Below, in pieces: positions 18,166-26,568 of a stretch of 64,000 nt of DNA. Each line of letters begins with the position of its first letter. Position 1 is the stretch's first letter. The notes under the pieces were generated by a model. The model made no database searches. It worked only from the letters and a program-made list of their open reading frames with translations, and had not been told where the DNA came from. The stretch lies in NCBI GenBank assembly GCA_016930575.1, contig JAFGGL010000063.1, forward strand, positions 8,522 through 72,521. The letters are read 5' to 3'. The stretch is from Clostridiales bacterium. Lineage in GTDB: Bacteria > Bacillota > Clostridia > Christensenellales > Aristaeellaceae. Made by a program: the position numbers and the translations under genes.

Positions 18166-18388
18166 TCACCCTGCCCAAAAACACCAATCTGCGTTGTCAA
18201 CTTTTTGCGGCCTCGCACTTCTCTTCGTTTGTTCGAGGCTACGCAATTCGTTTCCTTCGGAAACTTCGGTTGCTAGTCGGGCTTTCGCCCTCCCTATTCG
18301 GTTGCATCGGCATCACGTACGTTTTTTGTACGCTCAGCCTCTGCCATTCTTGTTTCCTAGCATCTCGGCCTTTTTGAACAGGCTGAAT
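18166..18388 (+). repeat. Mosaic hairpin repeat copy R2 (about 223 nt), partner of 60626-60848
   Basis: Colinear with R6 at a constant offset of 42460 nt over the 5' half (42463 beyond a 3-nt indel). Long identical blocks are CTGCCCAAAAA, TGCGGCCTC, GAGGCTACGC, GCTAGTCGGGCT, GCCCTCCCTATTCGG and TCGGCATCAC. Confidence 0.75.
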
Positions 18389-18394
18389 GCAAAT

Positions 18395-18901
18395 CTAGTT
18401 GCTTCGTTGAGAAAAGGCTCTTTCCATTTCGTGCTGGGCGTCGCGCGCGGCTTCGCTCTCGCGCTTGTCGTGCATGTGCTTGCCCCGGCAAAGGCCAAGC
18501 TCCAGTTTGACCAGCCCGTCTTTTAGGTACACCTTCAGGGGAATCAGCGCGTAGCCCTTACGGCTCACCAGGCCGTGGAGCTTTCGTATTTCGCCTCGGT
18601 GCAGCAACAGCTTCTTGGGGCGAAGCGGGTCGGGGCTGAACATATTGCCCCTGGAATACGGGCTGATATGCATCCCCTCGGCGAAGATCTCGCCGTTTCG
18701 CACCATGCAGAAACTCTCTTTTAAACTGATCCGCCCGTCGCGTACGCTTTTCACCTCTGTACCGCGTAAACTCATCCCACATTCGTAGCGGTCTTCCACG
18801 AAGTAATCGTGGAAAGCCTTCTTGTTGTGGGCGATGGGCTTAATGCCTTTTTGCCGCGGCACGAAGCTTCCTCCCCTGTGTAAGATAGTCGCATGTTTCA
18901 T
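18395..18901 (-). CDS. smpB: SsrA-binding protein
   Basis: IAHNKKAFHDYFVEDRYECGMSLRGTEVKSVR...LLLHRGEIRKL...ALIPLKVYLKDGLVKLELGLCRGK. Confidence 0.93.
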   Translation of the reverse strand: MKHATILHRGGSFVPRQKGIKPIAHNKKAFHDYFVEDRYECGMSLRGTEVKSVRDGRISLKESFCMVRNGEIFAEGMHISPYSRGNMFSPDPLRPKKLLLHRGEIRKLHGLVSRKGYALIPLKVYLKDGLVKLELGLCRGKHMHDKRESEAARDAQHEMERAFSQRSN

Positions 18902-18943
18902 CAGATTTTAACATGCATCTCATTATAGCATAATTAACACTTG

Positions 18944-18972
18944 TTGCAAAGCTGTTAACCCTACTCTATAAT
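18944..18972 (+). promoter_or_regulatory. Near-consensus promoter for proA (-35 TTGCAA, 17 nt, -10 TATAAT)
   Basis: Read directly. Confidence 0.55.
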
Positions 18973-19001
18973 GTATACAAAGCTTTGAGGAGGAACCCTT
19001 T

Positions 19002-20294
19002 ATGTCTGCTGACGCGATCCGTACCATGTCCCGGGACGCACGGCGTGCCGGCCTTACGCTTTCCACGGTCAGCCTTGCGCAGCGCAACGCCGCGCTTTTT
19101 GCGATCGCGGAGAGCATTCGGGCGCATCTGGCCGGGATCTTCGCCGCCAACGAGCAGGACCTGAAAACCGCATTGGATGAAAAGCTGGCCGCGCCGTTAT
19201 TGGCCCGTCTGAAATTCTCGGAATCCAAAGCCAAACGCGTGATCGACGGCCTTCACGCGCTTGCGGAGCTCCCCGATCCGCTGGGACATATACAGTACGC
19301 AAACGAACTGGCCGAAGGCCTGAAGCTGTACCGCGTCTCCTGCCCCATCGGCGTCGTCGGCGTGATATTCGAAAGCCGCCCCGACGCCCTGGTGCAGATC
19401 TCCTCGCTCTGCCTGAAATCCGGCAATGCGGTGCTTTTAAAGGGTGGACGCGAGGCCGCGCTCACCAACAAAGCGCTGTACAAAGCCATCGTTGAGGGCA
19501 CGAAGAAAGCCGGCATCCCCGACGGCTGGTGCCAGCTTTTGCAGACCCGCGAGGACGTAGACGCCATGCTCAAACAGGACGACTGCATCGACCTGATCAT
19601 CCCACGCGGCTCCAAGGCGTTCGTGCGCTATATCATGGACCGTTCCAACATCCCCGTGCTCGGGCATGCAGACGGCGTGTGCCACGTGTACGTGGACGCG
19701 AAGGCCGACCTGGACATGGCGCTGAAGGTGGCGATGGATTCCAAGGCCTACCGCCTGTCCATATGCAACACCGCCGAGACCCTGCTGGTGCACAAGGACT
19801 GCGCCAAAGACTTCCTGCCCGTCGCGGCCGTGGCGCTCAAGACCAAGAACGTGGAGATCCGCGGCGACGACGCAACCTTTGACCTCATCGAGTGCAAGCA
19901 CGCCACCGAGGCGGACTGGAGCACCGAGTATCTGGACGCCATCCTCTCCGTGAAGGTCGTGAACAGCCTGGACGAAGCGATCGACCACATCAACCATTAC
20001 GGCTCCGGGCATACCGACGCGATCGTGTCAAAAGACATGAATGCGATTGAGCGCTTCATGGCGCTGGTGGACAGCGCGGACGTGTTCGCCAACTGCTCCA
20101 CGCAGATCGCGGACGGGTACATGTTCGGGCTGGGCGCGGAGGTCGGCATCGCAACCGGCAAGCTGCACGCCAGGGGGCCGATGGGGCTGGAAGGCCTGTG
20201 TACCTACAAGTACAAGCTCTACGGCAAGGGGCACACCCTCGCCGATATCAACGACGGCAAAACGCCACTGATTCACAGAAAACTGGACATATAG
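19002..20294 (+). CDS. proA: Glutamate-5-semialdehyde dehydrogenase (gamma-glutamyl phosphate reductase)
   Basis: 430 aa. PIGVVGVIFESRPDA, LLKGGREA and CNTAETLLVH motifs. No proB is adjacent. Confidence 0.92.
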   Translation: MSADAIRTMSRDARRAGLTLSTVSLAQRNAALFAIAESIRAHLAGIFAANEQDLKTALDEKLAAPLLARLKFSESKAKRVIDGLHALAELPDPLGHIQYANELAEGLKLYRVSCPIGVVGVIFESRPDALVQISSLCLKSGNAVLLKGGREAALTNKALYKAIVEGTKKAGIPDGWCQLLQTREDVDAMLKQDDCIDLIIPRGSKAFVRYIMDRSNIPVLGHADGVCHVYVDAKADLDMALKVAMDSKAYRLSICNTAETLLVHKDCAKDFLPVAAVALKTKNVEIRGDDATFDLIECKHATEADWSTEYLDAILSVKVVNSLDEAIDHINHYGSGHTDAIVSKDMNAIERFMALVDSADVFANCSTQIADGYMFGLGAEVGIATGKLHARGPMGLEGLCTYKYKLYGKGHTLADINDGKTPLIHRKLDI

Positions 20295-20308
20295 AAAGGA
20301 GCAGCGCA

Positions 20309-21223
20309 TTGGAGCATATCATCCAGGTCGACAACCTCAGCAAATCCTACGGCGACGTGCACGCCGTGAAGAGGATCAGCTTCTTTGTGGAAAAGGGAAA
20401 GCTGTTTGCCTTCCTGGGCCCCAACGGCGCGGGAAAATCCACCACGATCAACATGATCTGCACGTTCCTTAAGCCCAACGGCGGCAGCGTGACCGTGAAC
20501 GGCTACCAGCTTGGCAAGGAAGACGACGGCATCCGCAATTCCATCGGCGTCGTGTTTCAGGACGGGCTTTTGGATAGCCTGCTGACCATTGAAGAGAACT
20601 ACTATATACGCGGGGCGCTGTACGGGCTTTCGGGCAAAGCGCTCAAGGCCGCCGTCAGGCAGGCCATCCATGCCGTGAGCATCGAGCCGATCGCGAACCG
20701 GCGCTACGGCAAGCTGTCCGGCGGGCAGCGCAGGCGCGCCGACATCGGCCGCGCTCTGATAACCCAGCCGGAGATCCTGTTCCTGGACGAGCCGACCACG
20801 GGGCTGGACCCGCACACCCGGCGCGCGGTCTGGGATACGATCCTCGACCTGCAGAAGACCACGGGCATGACGGTGTTCCTGACCACGCACTACATGGAGG
20901 AGGCCGACGGCGCCGATTACGTGATCGTGATCGACGACGGCAAGATCGCCGCCAAGGGCACGCCGACCGACCTGAGCGCGAAATACGCGCATGATAAGCT
21001 GTATTTGAACTGCTCCGATATGGATAAGGTCAAGGCTTACCTGAAAGAACAGAAAATCAGCTACACGCAGGTCGCCGACAACCTGATCGTCGGCATCGGC
21101 GATACCTTCGAAGCGCTGCCCATCATCGAGGGCTGCCGCGAACATCTCAAAGGATTCGAGGTCACCGTCGGGTCGATGGACGATGCCTTTATCGGCATCA
21201 CGGGAAAGGAGCTGAGAGAATGA
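20309..21223 (+). CDS. ABC transporter ATP-binding protein (ABC-2 / DrrA-like)
   Basis: TTG start at 20309, 7 nt after AAAGGAG. Walker A GPNGAGKST, signature LSGGQRRR, Walker B ILFLDEPT. The listed start at 20198 lies inside proA. Confidence 0.88.
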   Translation: MEHIIQVDNLSKSYGDVHAVKRISFFVEKGKLFAFLGPNGAGKSTTINMICTFLKPNGGSVTVNGYQLGKEDDGIRNSIGVVFQDGLLDSLLTIEENYYIRGALYGLSGKALKAAVRQAIHAVSIEPIANRRYGKLSGGQRRRADIGRALITQPEILFLDEPTTGLDPHTRRAVWDTILDLQKTTGMTVFLTTHYMEEADGADYVIVIDDGKIAAKGTPTDLSAKYAHDKLYLNCSDMDKVKAYLKEQKISYTQVADNLIVGIGDTFEALPIIEGCREHLKGFEVTVGSMDDAFIGITGKELRE

Positions 21224-22074
21224 CCGCGCTGATCAAACGCAACCTGCTGGTCTTCTTCCGGGATAAGGCCGCCATCTTCTTCTCGCTGCTCGCCTCGCTG
21301 ATCATCATCGGCCTGTACGCGCTGTTCCTGGGCAACAACATGGCCTCCTACCTGCGTGATTTCCCCAGCGCACGTCAGCTGGTGGACCGCTGGCTTGTGG
21401 CGGGACTGGTGTCCATCACCTCCATCACAACGGCGATGGGCGCGTTCGGCGTGATGGTGATCGATAAAACCAAGCATATCATTCAGGATTTTTACACGTC
21501 GCCCGTCAGCCGCTGGAAGCTAGTCGGCGGTTATATCTTCTCGGCGTTCATCATCGGGTATCTGCTGTCCGTCGTCACGCTGCTCGTGGCGCAGGTTTAC
21601 ATGCTGACGCAGGGCGGCACGATGATGAGCTTCGCCACGTACGGTAAAACGCTGCTGGTGCTGCTGCTGGCCGGGATTACCAACACGACCATGATGTTCT
21701 TCATCACGGCTTTCTTCTCAACGGAAAACGCGTTTTCCACCGCGGCCACGGTGCTTGGCACGCTGATCGGGTTTGTCACGGGCATCTATATCCCCATCGG
21801 GGTGCTTCCGGAATCCGTGCAGTGGATCATCAAGGTGTTCCCCACGTCGCATGCCGTCATACTGCTGCGCCAGATCATGACCGGCGCGTTGTTTACGTCG
21901 TATGCCGAAGTGATGCCCGCCGAAAGCCTGGCGGAAGTCAAAGAAATGATGGGGATCGAGTTCCATTTCGGCCAGACCGTACTGCCCGTCTACATCAGTC
22001 TCCTGATCCTTGCGGGCGCGGGCGTGTTGTTCTTCCTGCTGTCGTTCATTCATATGAAGCATAAGCAGGTATAA
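21220..22074 (+). CDS. ABC-2 type transporter permease
   Basis: 284 aa with 6 TM segments. Its start overlaps the ATPase stop (ATGA). Confidence 0.8.
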   Translation: MTALIKRNLLVFFRDKAAIFFSLLASLIIIGLYALFLGNNMASYLRDFPSARQLVDRWLVAGLVSITSITTAMGAFGVMVIDKTKHIIQDFYTSPVSRWKLVGGYIFSAFIIGYLLSVVTLLVAQVYMLTQGGTMMSFATYGKTLLVLLLAGITNTTMMFFITAFFSTENAFSTAATVLGTLIGFVTGIYIPIGVLPESVQWIIKVFPTSHAVILLRQIMTGALFTSYAEVMPAESLAEVKEMMGIEFHFGQTVLPVYISLLILAGAGVLFFLLSFIHMKHKQV

Positions 22075-22091
22075 AAACGGCAACACAGGTC

Positions 22092-22120
22092 AAAAACAGG
22101 CTGCGTGAGCAGCCTGTTTT
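22092..22120. terminator. Bidirectional intrinsic terminator (AAAAACAGGCTGC gtga GCAGCCTGTTTT)
   Basis: Read directly. Confidence 0.7.
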
Positions 22121-22121
22121 G

Positions 22122-22350
22122 AAAACCATAGGGGTTTCACCCCTATAATTCCGACAAGGGCTATGCCCTTGACCCATCATTGGCCGCGCAATACGCGGCC
22201 AAAAGTGGGGTTCAGGGCATCGAAGGGAAGCGTGTACCCAGTGGATACCACGGTAAAGTCGTAAGCGACCCGCAGGTGAGAAGTTTTGCAGAGCAGGCAA
22301 GCGAGAGTGCGCCTGCGACAACAAAACTGACGGATCAGTGCCCCTGATCA
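22122..22350 (-). repeat. Mosaic hairpin repeat copy R3, inverted relative to R4 (27931-28195)
   Basis: The reverse complement aligns with R4 through AGGGGC, TCAGTTTTrTTGTCGC, AAAACTTCyCA.CT.CGG, GGGyACACGCT..CCTTCG.TGCCC..AACCCCA and ATTGATGGG/AATGATGGG. Hairpins at 22128-22146, 22155-22171, 22182-22200, 22258-22269 and 22333-22349. Confidence 0.7.
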
Positions 22351-22371
22351 GGATTGTTAAGGATGAACTCC

Positions 22372-23706
22372 TTAATTGCCTGCGATACTCAATTTCCCGA
22401 CATCCACGCTCGGGGAGCCGAACGAGCCCTGCGGGAAGGTGAGGTCGCTTCCGACGGCCTTGATATCCTTGAGCATCTGGTAGAAGTTGCCCGCCACGGT
22501 GATCTGTTCCACGGGCCTTTCGATCTTCCCGTCTTTTACCAGGAATCCCTTGGCCGAAAGTGAAAAATCGCCGCTGACGCTGTCCGCGCCGGAATGCAGC
22601 CCCTCCAGCTGTTTGATCAGCAGACCGTCGCCCATGTCCTTGAGCAATTGCTCATAGGGCGTGTCGCCCGCCCGGAGATAGAAGTTCGTCGTCGCGACGC
22701 GGATAGGCGCGGAATAGCTTGCTTTGCTTGCGTTTCCGGTCGATTTCACGCCGTCCTTCTTCGCCGTTTTCAGGTTGTGCAGGAAGGTTTTCAGCACACC
22801 GTTTTCGATCACGGCGTGCGTGCCGCCGGGCACGCCTTCGGCGTCGAACGGGCGGGAGCCGATGCCGTCTTCAAGCAGCGAATCATCCATCAGCGTCACG
22901 CTGGGCGCGGCGATGGTCTCGTTCAGCCTGCCCTTGAACACGGACAGGTCCTTTTGCACGTTCTCGGCGGAAAAGGCGGCGGAGAAAACCTCCAGCATAT
23001 CCGCAAGCGCCCGGTGATGCAGGATCGCGCGGTACTGCCCCGAGGGTACGGGCGACGCGTGCAGCATGGATACGGCGTCCTCCGCCGCGCTCTCGCCCAG
23101 CGCCTTGGCGTCAAGCCCCGTAAATCCGCGCCTCACCTGTACGTCGAGGCCCGTAACGGTGGAATCCCCGTCGGTCGCCACCGGCATGATGTAGGCGACG
23201 CCGTGGGTGGCGGTGTACTGCTTGTCCATGCCGAAAGTGTTGACGATGCGCACGGTCTGCTTCCCGGTCACGATGGTGTTATATCCCGCCTTCTTTACGC
23301 GCTTGTCGTACTCCATGGCCGTCTTTTCCACGTCCAGCACGAACTTCAGCTTTTCATCGGGTTCCCCGGTCTCGTCCTCCAGCTTGAGCTCGACGTTTTT
23401 CTCCTTGCCGTCGTAGATGAACTGCTCGGAAGTATCCTCGCAGAGCAAGGCGGAATCCTTCGCGTGCCGGATCAGCCAGCCGACGGCGTCCGTATCAAAC
23501 GCCTCGGTGGACGCATAACCGATCCTTCCGCCCGCTTTCACGCGGAAGGAAAGCCCCTTAGTGAGGTTGGAGGAATACTTCGTGATCTCCTGGTTGGTCG
23601 CCATCGCCTGAAAGCTCTCGTCCTCGATCACATAGGCTTCCGCGGCCTCCAGCCCGGCCTTGCCGGCTTCTGTAAACAGGGTATCCAAAAAGGTATTCAA
23701 ATCCAT
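22372..23706 (-). CDS. pmbA: PmbA/TldE-family metalloprotease subunit
   Basis: Internal ATG at 23706 (MDLNTFLDTLF...) preceded by AAGGAG. TldD/PmbA fold pattern without an HExxxH motif. Confidence 0.85.
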   Translation of the reverse strand: MDLNTFLDTLFTEAGKAGLEAAEAYVIEDESFQAMATNQEITKYSSNLTKGLSFRVKAGGRIGYASTEAFDTDAVGWLIRHAKDSALLCEDTSEQFIYDGKEKNVELKLEDETGEPDEKLKFVLDVEKTAMEYDKRVKKAGYNTIVTGKQTVRIVNTFGMDKQYTATHGVAYIMPVATDGDSTVTGLDVQVRRGFTGLDAKALGESAAEDAVSMLHASPVPSGQYRAILHHRALADMLEVFSAAFSAENVQKDLSVFKGRLNETIAAPSVTLMDDSLLEDGIGSRPFDAEGVPGGTHAVIENGVLKTFLHNLKTAKKDGVKSTGNASKASYSAPIRVATTNFYLRAGDTPYEQLLKDMGDGLLIKQLEGLHSGADSVSGDFSLSAKGFLVKDGKIERPVEQITVAGNFYQMLKDIKAVGSDLTFPQGSFGSPSVDVGKLSIAGN

Positions 23707-23711
23707 TTCAT

Positions 23712-25106
23712 TCACTCCTTCGCTCTGCCGCCGACGGTCATCTGCTTCACGCGTATCATCGGCTGGCCGACGTTGGTGGGCACGCTGCCCGAGCTGCTGC
23801 CGCACATGCCCTGCGACATCGTCATGGTCCTGCCGACGCGGTCGATCTTCATTAAAATGTCCGCGCCCTTGCCGATCAGGGACGCGCCGCGCACCGGCGT
23901 GGCGATCTTGCCGTCCTTCACCAGATAGCCTTCCGCCACGGCGAAATTGAACTCGCCCGTTGCCGGAACGACCGATCCGCCGCCCATCTTCTTGGCGTAC
24001 AGGCCATCGCCCATGGTTTTGATCATCTCGTCTTCATCGTCTTTCCCGGGCGCGATAAAGGTATTGCGCATGCGCGAGGTCGGCGTGAAGCTGTAGTTCT
24101 GGCGGCGTCCGCTGCCGGTGGGCGCCATACCCATACGCCTGCCGTTCAATTTATCGATCATGTAGTTTGTCAAAATCCCGTTTTCGATCAGCGTCAGGCG
24201 CGTGGTGGGCATGCCCTCGTCGTCGATACGCGTGGAGCCCCACTCGTGGGGCATGGTGCCGTCATCCACGGCGGTCACGCAGTCGGCGGCGATCTTCTGG
24301 TTGAGCTTTCCGGTGAAAACGCTCAGGTTGAACGCCACGGCGGTCGCTTCCAGGCTGTGGCCGCAGGCTTCGTGGAAGATCACGCCGCCAAAGCCGCCGT
24401 CGATCACCACGGGCATCACGCCCGCGGGGCACATGGGGGCGCTCAGCATCAGGCTTGCGGATTCGGCGGCCGTCCTACCCGTTTCTTCGGGATTGACGCG
24501 CTGCTTAAACAGCTCAAATCCCATGGATGCGCCGGGACCTTCGTGCGCCGTCTGCTTTTCCTTGCCGTTATCGGCGATGGCCGTGCAGGAGATACGGGTA
24601 CGGGTGCGCGTGTCTTCCACATACAAGCCTTCCGAATTGCAGATGATCACGTCCTGCTCGGTATCCAAAAAGAGGCAGCTGACCTGCTTGATGTCCGCGC
24701 TCACCTTGCGCGCGGCCGCGTCCGCCGCGCGGAGGATGTCCAGCTTCTTTTTGCTTTCCACCGACGACGGCGCCAGTACGATACAATCGGGCGCCGGCAG
24801 TTGCGGTGAGACGAACGGCGGCAGCGTGAGTACGGTTTTCTTTTGATCGCGAACAGCCGAAGCCACCTGCGCAGCGCAGCGCAGCAGCCCTTCCCTGTCC
24901 GTTTCGTTGGTGTAGGCGTACACGGGGTTGAGCCCGACAAACACCCGGATGCCCGCGCCGTGCAGGCGGCTGAAGTTGATGCTTTCGGCTTCCTGGCTTA
25001 GCAGCTGCATGCGCGAAGAGCGGGTATCCTCCAGGAAAATCTCCGCAAAATCGCCGCCGCTGGCAAGCGCGACCTCAAGCACCTCCTGTGCGTATGCTTT
25101 CATCAT
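23712..25106 (-). CDS. tldD: TldD-family metalloprotease
   Basis: 464 aa with the HEACGH zinc motif (GGVIFHEACGHSLE). RBS GGGAGG. Confidence 0.88.
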   Translation of the reverse strand: MMKAYAQEVLEVALASGGDFAEIFLEDTRSSRMQLLSQEAESINFSRLHGAGIRVFVGLNPVYAYTNETDREGLLRCAAQVASAVRDQKKTVLTLPPFVSPQLPAPDCIVLAPSSVESKKKLDILRAADAAARKVSADIKQVSCLFLDTEQDVIICNSEGLYVEDTRTRTRISCTAIADNGKEKQTAHEGPGASMGFELFKQRVNPEETGRTAAESASLMLSAPMCPAGVMPVVIDGGFGGVIFHEACGHSLEATAVAFNLSVFTGKLNQKIAADCVTAVDDGTMPHEWGSTRIDDEGMPTTRLTLIENGILTNYMIDKLNGRRMGMAPTGSGRRQNYSFTPTSRMRNTFIAPGKDDEDEMIKTMGDGLYAKKMGGGSVVPATGEFNFAVAEGYLVKDGKIATPVRGASLIGKGADILMKIDRVGRTMTMSQGMCGSSSGSVPTNVGQPMIRVKQMTVGGRAKE

Positions 25107-25275
25107 TGAGTTTCCTCCCAGGTTTTTCGATTTTATTCATCTTCAGTATATCACGTTTTCGCGCTGGTTGAAAATCCCAATTCGCCTGCAATGCCTCTGT
25201 GTGAATTGGTAACCAGTTGACCAGCCTATACATCGTGTACAAATGCGCAAACTAAACTTTGTCTATTTACACCAT

Positions 25276-25303
25276 TTGCAATTCTATCCTCAGAAGTTAT
25301 AAT
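25276..25303 (+). promoter_or_regulatory. Candidate promoter (-35 TTGCAA, 16 nt, -10 TATAAT) for the sugar ABC ATPase gene
   Basis: Read directly. Confidence 0.5.
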
Positions 25304-25362
25304 ATACTTACATTGTTCTCATAGAGCGATTATTCGTTCAGGAAATAAAAGGAGGCTATCTC

Positions 25363-26484
25363 ATGGCAAGCGTATCTCTGAAAAAACTGACAAAGGTATA
25401 TGCCGGCAATGTCGTCGCTGTCAGCGATTTTGATCTGGACATTGAGGATAAGGAATTTATCGTTTTGGTCGGCCCGTCCGGCTGCGGCAAATCGACCACG
25501 CTACGCATGGTTGCGGGGCTGGAGGAAATCACCGCCGGCGAGCTCTATATCGGCGACCGCCTGGTCAACGACGTCGCGCCCAAAGACCGCGATATCGCAA
25601 TGGTGTTCCAGAACTACGCCCTGTACCCGCATATGACGGTGTTTGACAACATGGCGTTCGGCCTGAAACTGCGCAAGACCCCCAAGGCCGAGATCAAGAC
25701 CCGCGTGGAAGAAACCGCGAAGATCCTGGACATTTTCCATCTGCTCAACAGAAAGCCCAAGGCGCTTTCCGGCGGCCAGCGCCAGCGCGTCGCCCTCGGC
25801 CGCGCCATCGTACGCGAGCCGAAGGTCTTCCTGATGGACGAACCGCTGTCCAACCTCGATGCCAAACTGCGCGTTGCCATGCGCACCGAGATCACCAAGC
25901 TGCACCAGCGGCTGCAGACCACCTTCATCTACGTGACGCATGACCAGACCGAAGCCATGACGATGGGTTCCCGCATCGTGGTGATGAAAGACGGCCTGGT
26001 ACAGCAGGTGGATACCCCGCAGAACTTGTACGATTTCCCGTCCAACCTCTTCGTGGCCGGCTTTATCGGCAGCCCGCAGATGAACTTCTTCGACGTGAAG
26101 CTGGAGAAGGAAGGCAAGGAAGTCGTCGCCAAGTTCGGCGAAAACAAGATCGTGATCCCGACCAGCAAGCTGTCGAAATTCGCGGATGAGAAAAACATCG
26201 GCAAAGAATTGATTATGGGTATCCGTCCGGAAAACATCCACGACGAAGACGTGTTCGTGCAGTCCGCGCCCACGGCCGTCATCAACTCCGACGTGGAGGT
26301 CACCGAGCTGATGGGCTCCGAAACCTACCTCTACCTGACCACCACCGGCAAAGAAGGCAATATCATCGCCCGCGTGAATCCGCGCACCACAAGCCGTGCA
26401 GGCCAGAGCATCCAGATTGCGTTCGACGTCAACCACCTGCATTTCTTCGACAAGGAAACCGAAGAAACATTATTGACCCGCTAA
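25363..26484 (+). CDS. Sugar ABC transporter ATP-binding protein (MsmK/MsmX/UgpC/MalK type), orphan (no adjacent permease)
   Basis: Walker A GPSGCGKST, LSGGQRQRVALGRA, FLMDEPLSNLD, and a C-terminal MalK-like regulatory domain. Confidence 0.9.
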   Translation: MASVSLKKLTKVYAGNVVAVSDFDLDIEDKEFIVLVGPSGCGKSTTLRMVAGLEEITAGELYIGDRLVNDVAPKDRDIAMVFQNYALYPHMTVFDNMAFGLKLRKTPKAEIKTRVEETAKILDIFHLLNRKPKALSGGQRQRVALGRAIVREPKVFLMDEPLSNLDAKLRVAMRTEITKLHQRLQTTFIYVTHDQTEAMTMGSRIVVMKDGLVQQVDTPQNLYDFPSNLFVAGFIGSPQMNFFDVKLEKEGKEVVAKFGENKIVIPTSKLSKFADEKNIGKELIMGIRPENIHDEDVFVQSAPTAVINSDVEVTELMGSETYLYLTTTGKEGNIIARVNPRTTSRAGQSIQIAFDVNHLHFFDKETEETLLTR

Positions 26485-26499
26485 TCCACGAAAGCATTG

Positions 26500-26530
26500 T
26501 CCCCTGCCTGTACTATGGCAGGGGATTTTT
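26500..26530 (+). terminator. Intrinsic terminator (TCCCCTGCC ... GGCAGGGGA then TTTTT)
   Basis: Read directly. Confidence 0.7.
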
Positions 26531-26568
26531 ATTGCCAATCGAATGCATCATCCGAGGGGGCATGAATT

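Noticed and set aside
22594-23928. 444-aa plus-strand ORF
   Set aside because: It is antisense to pmbA/tldD.
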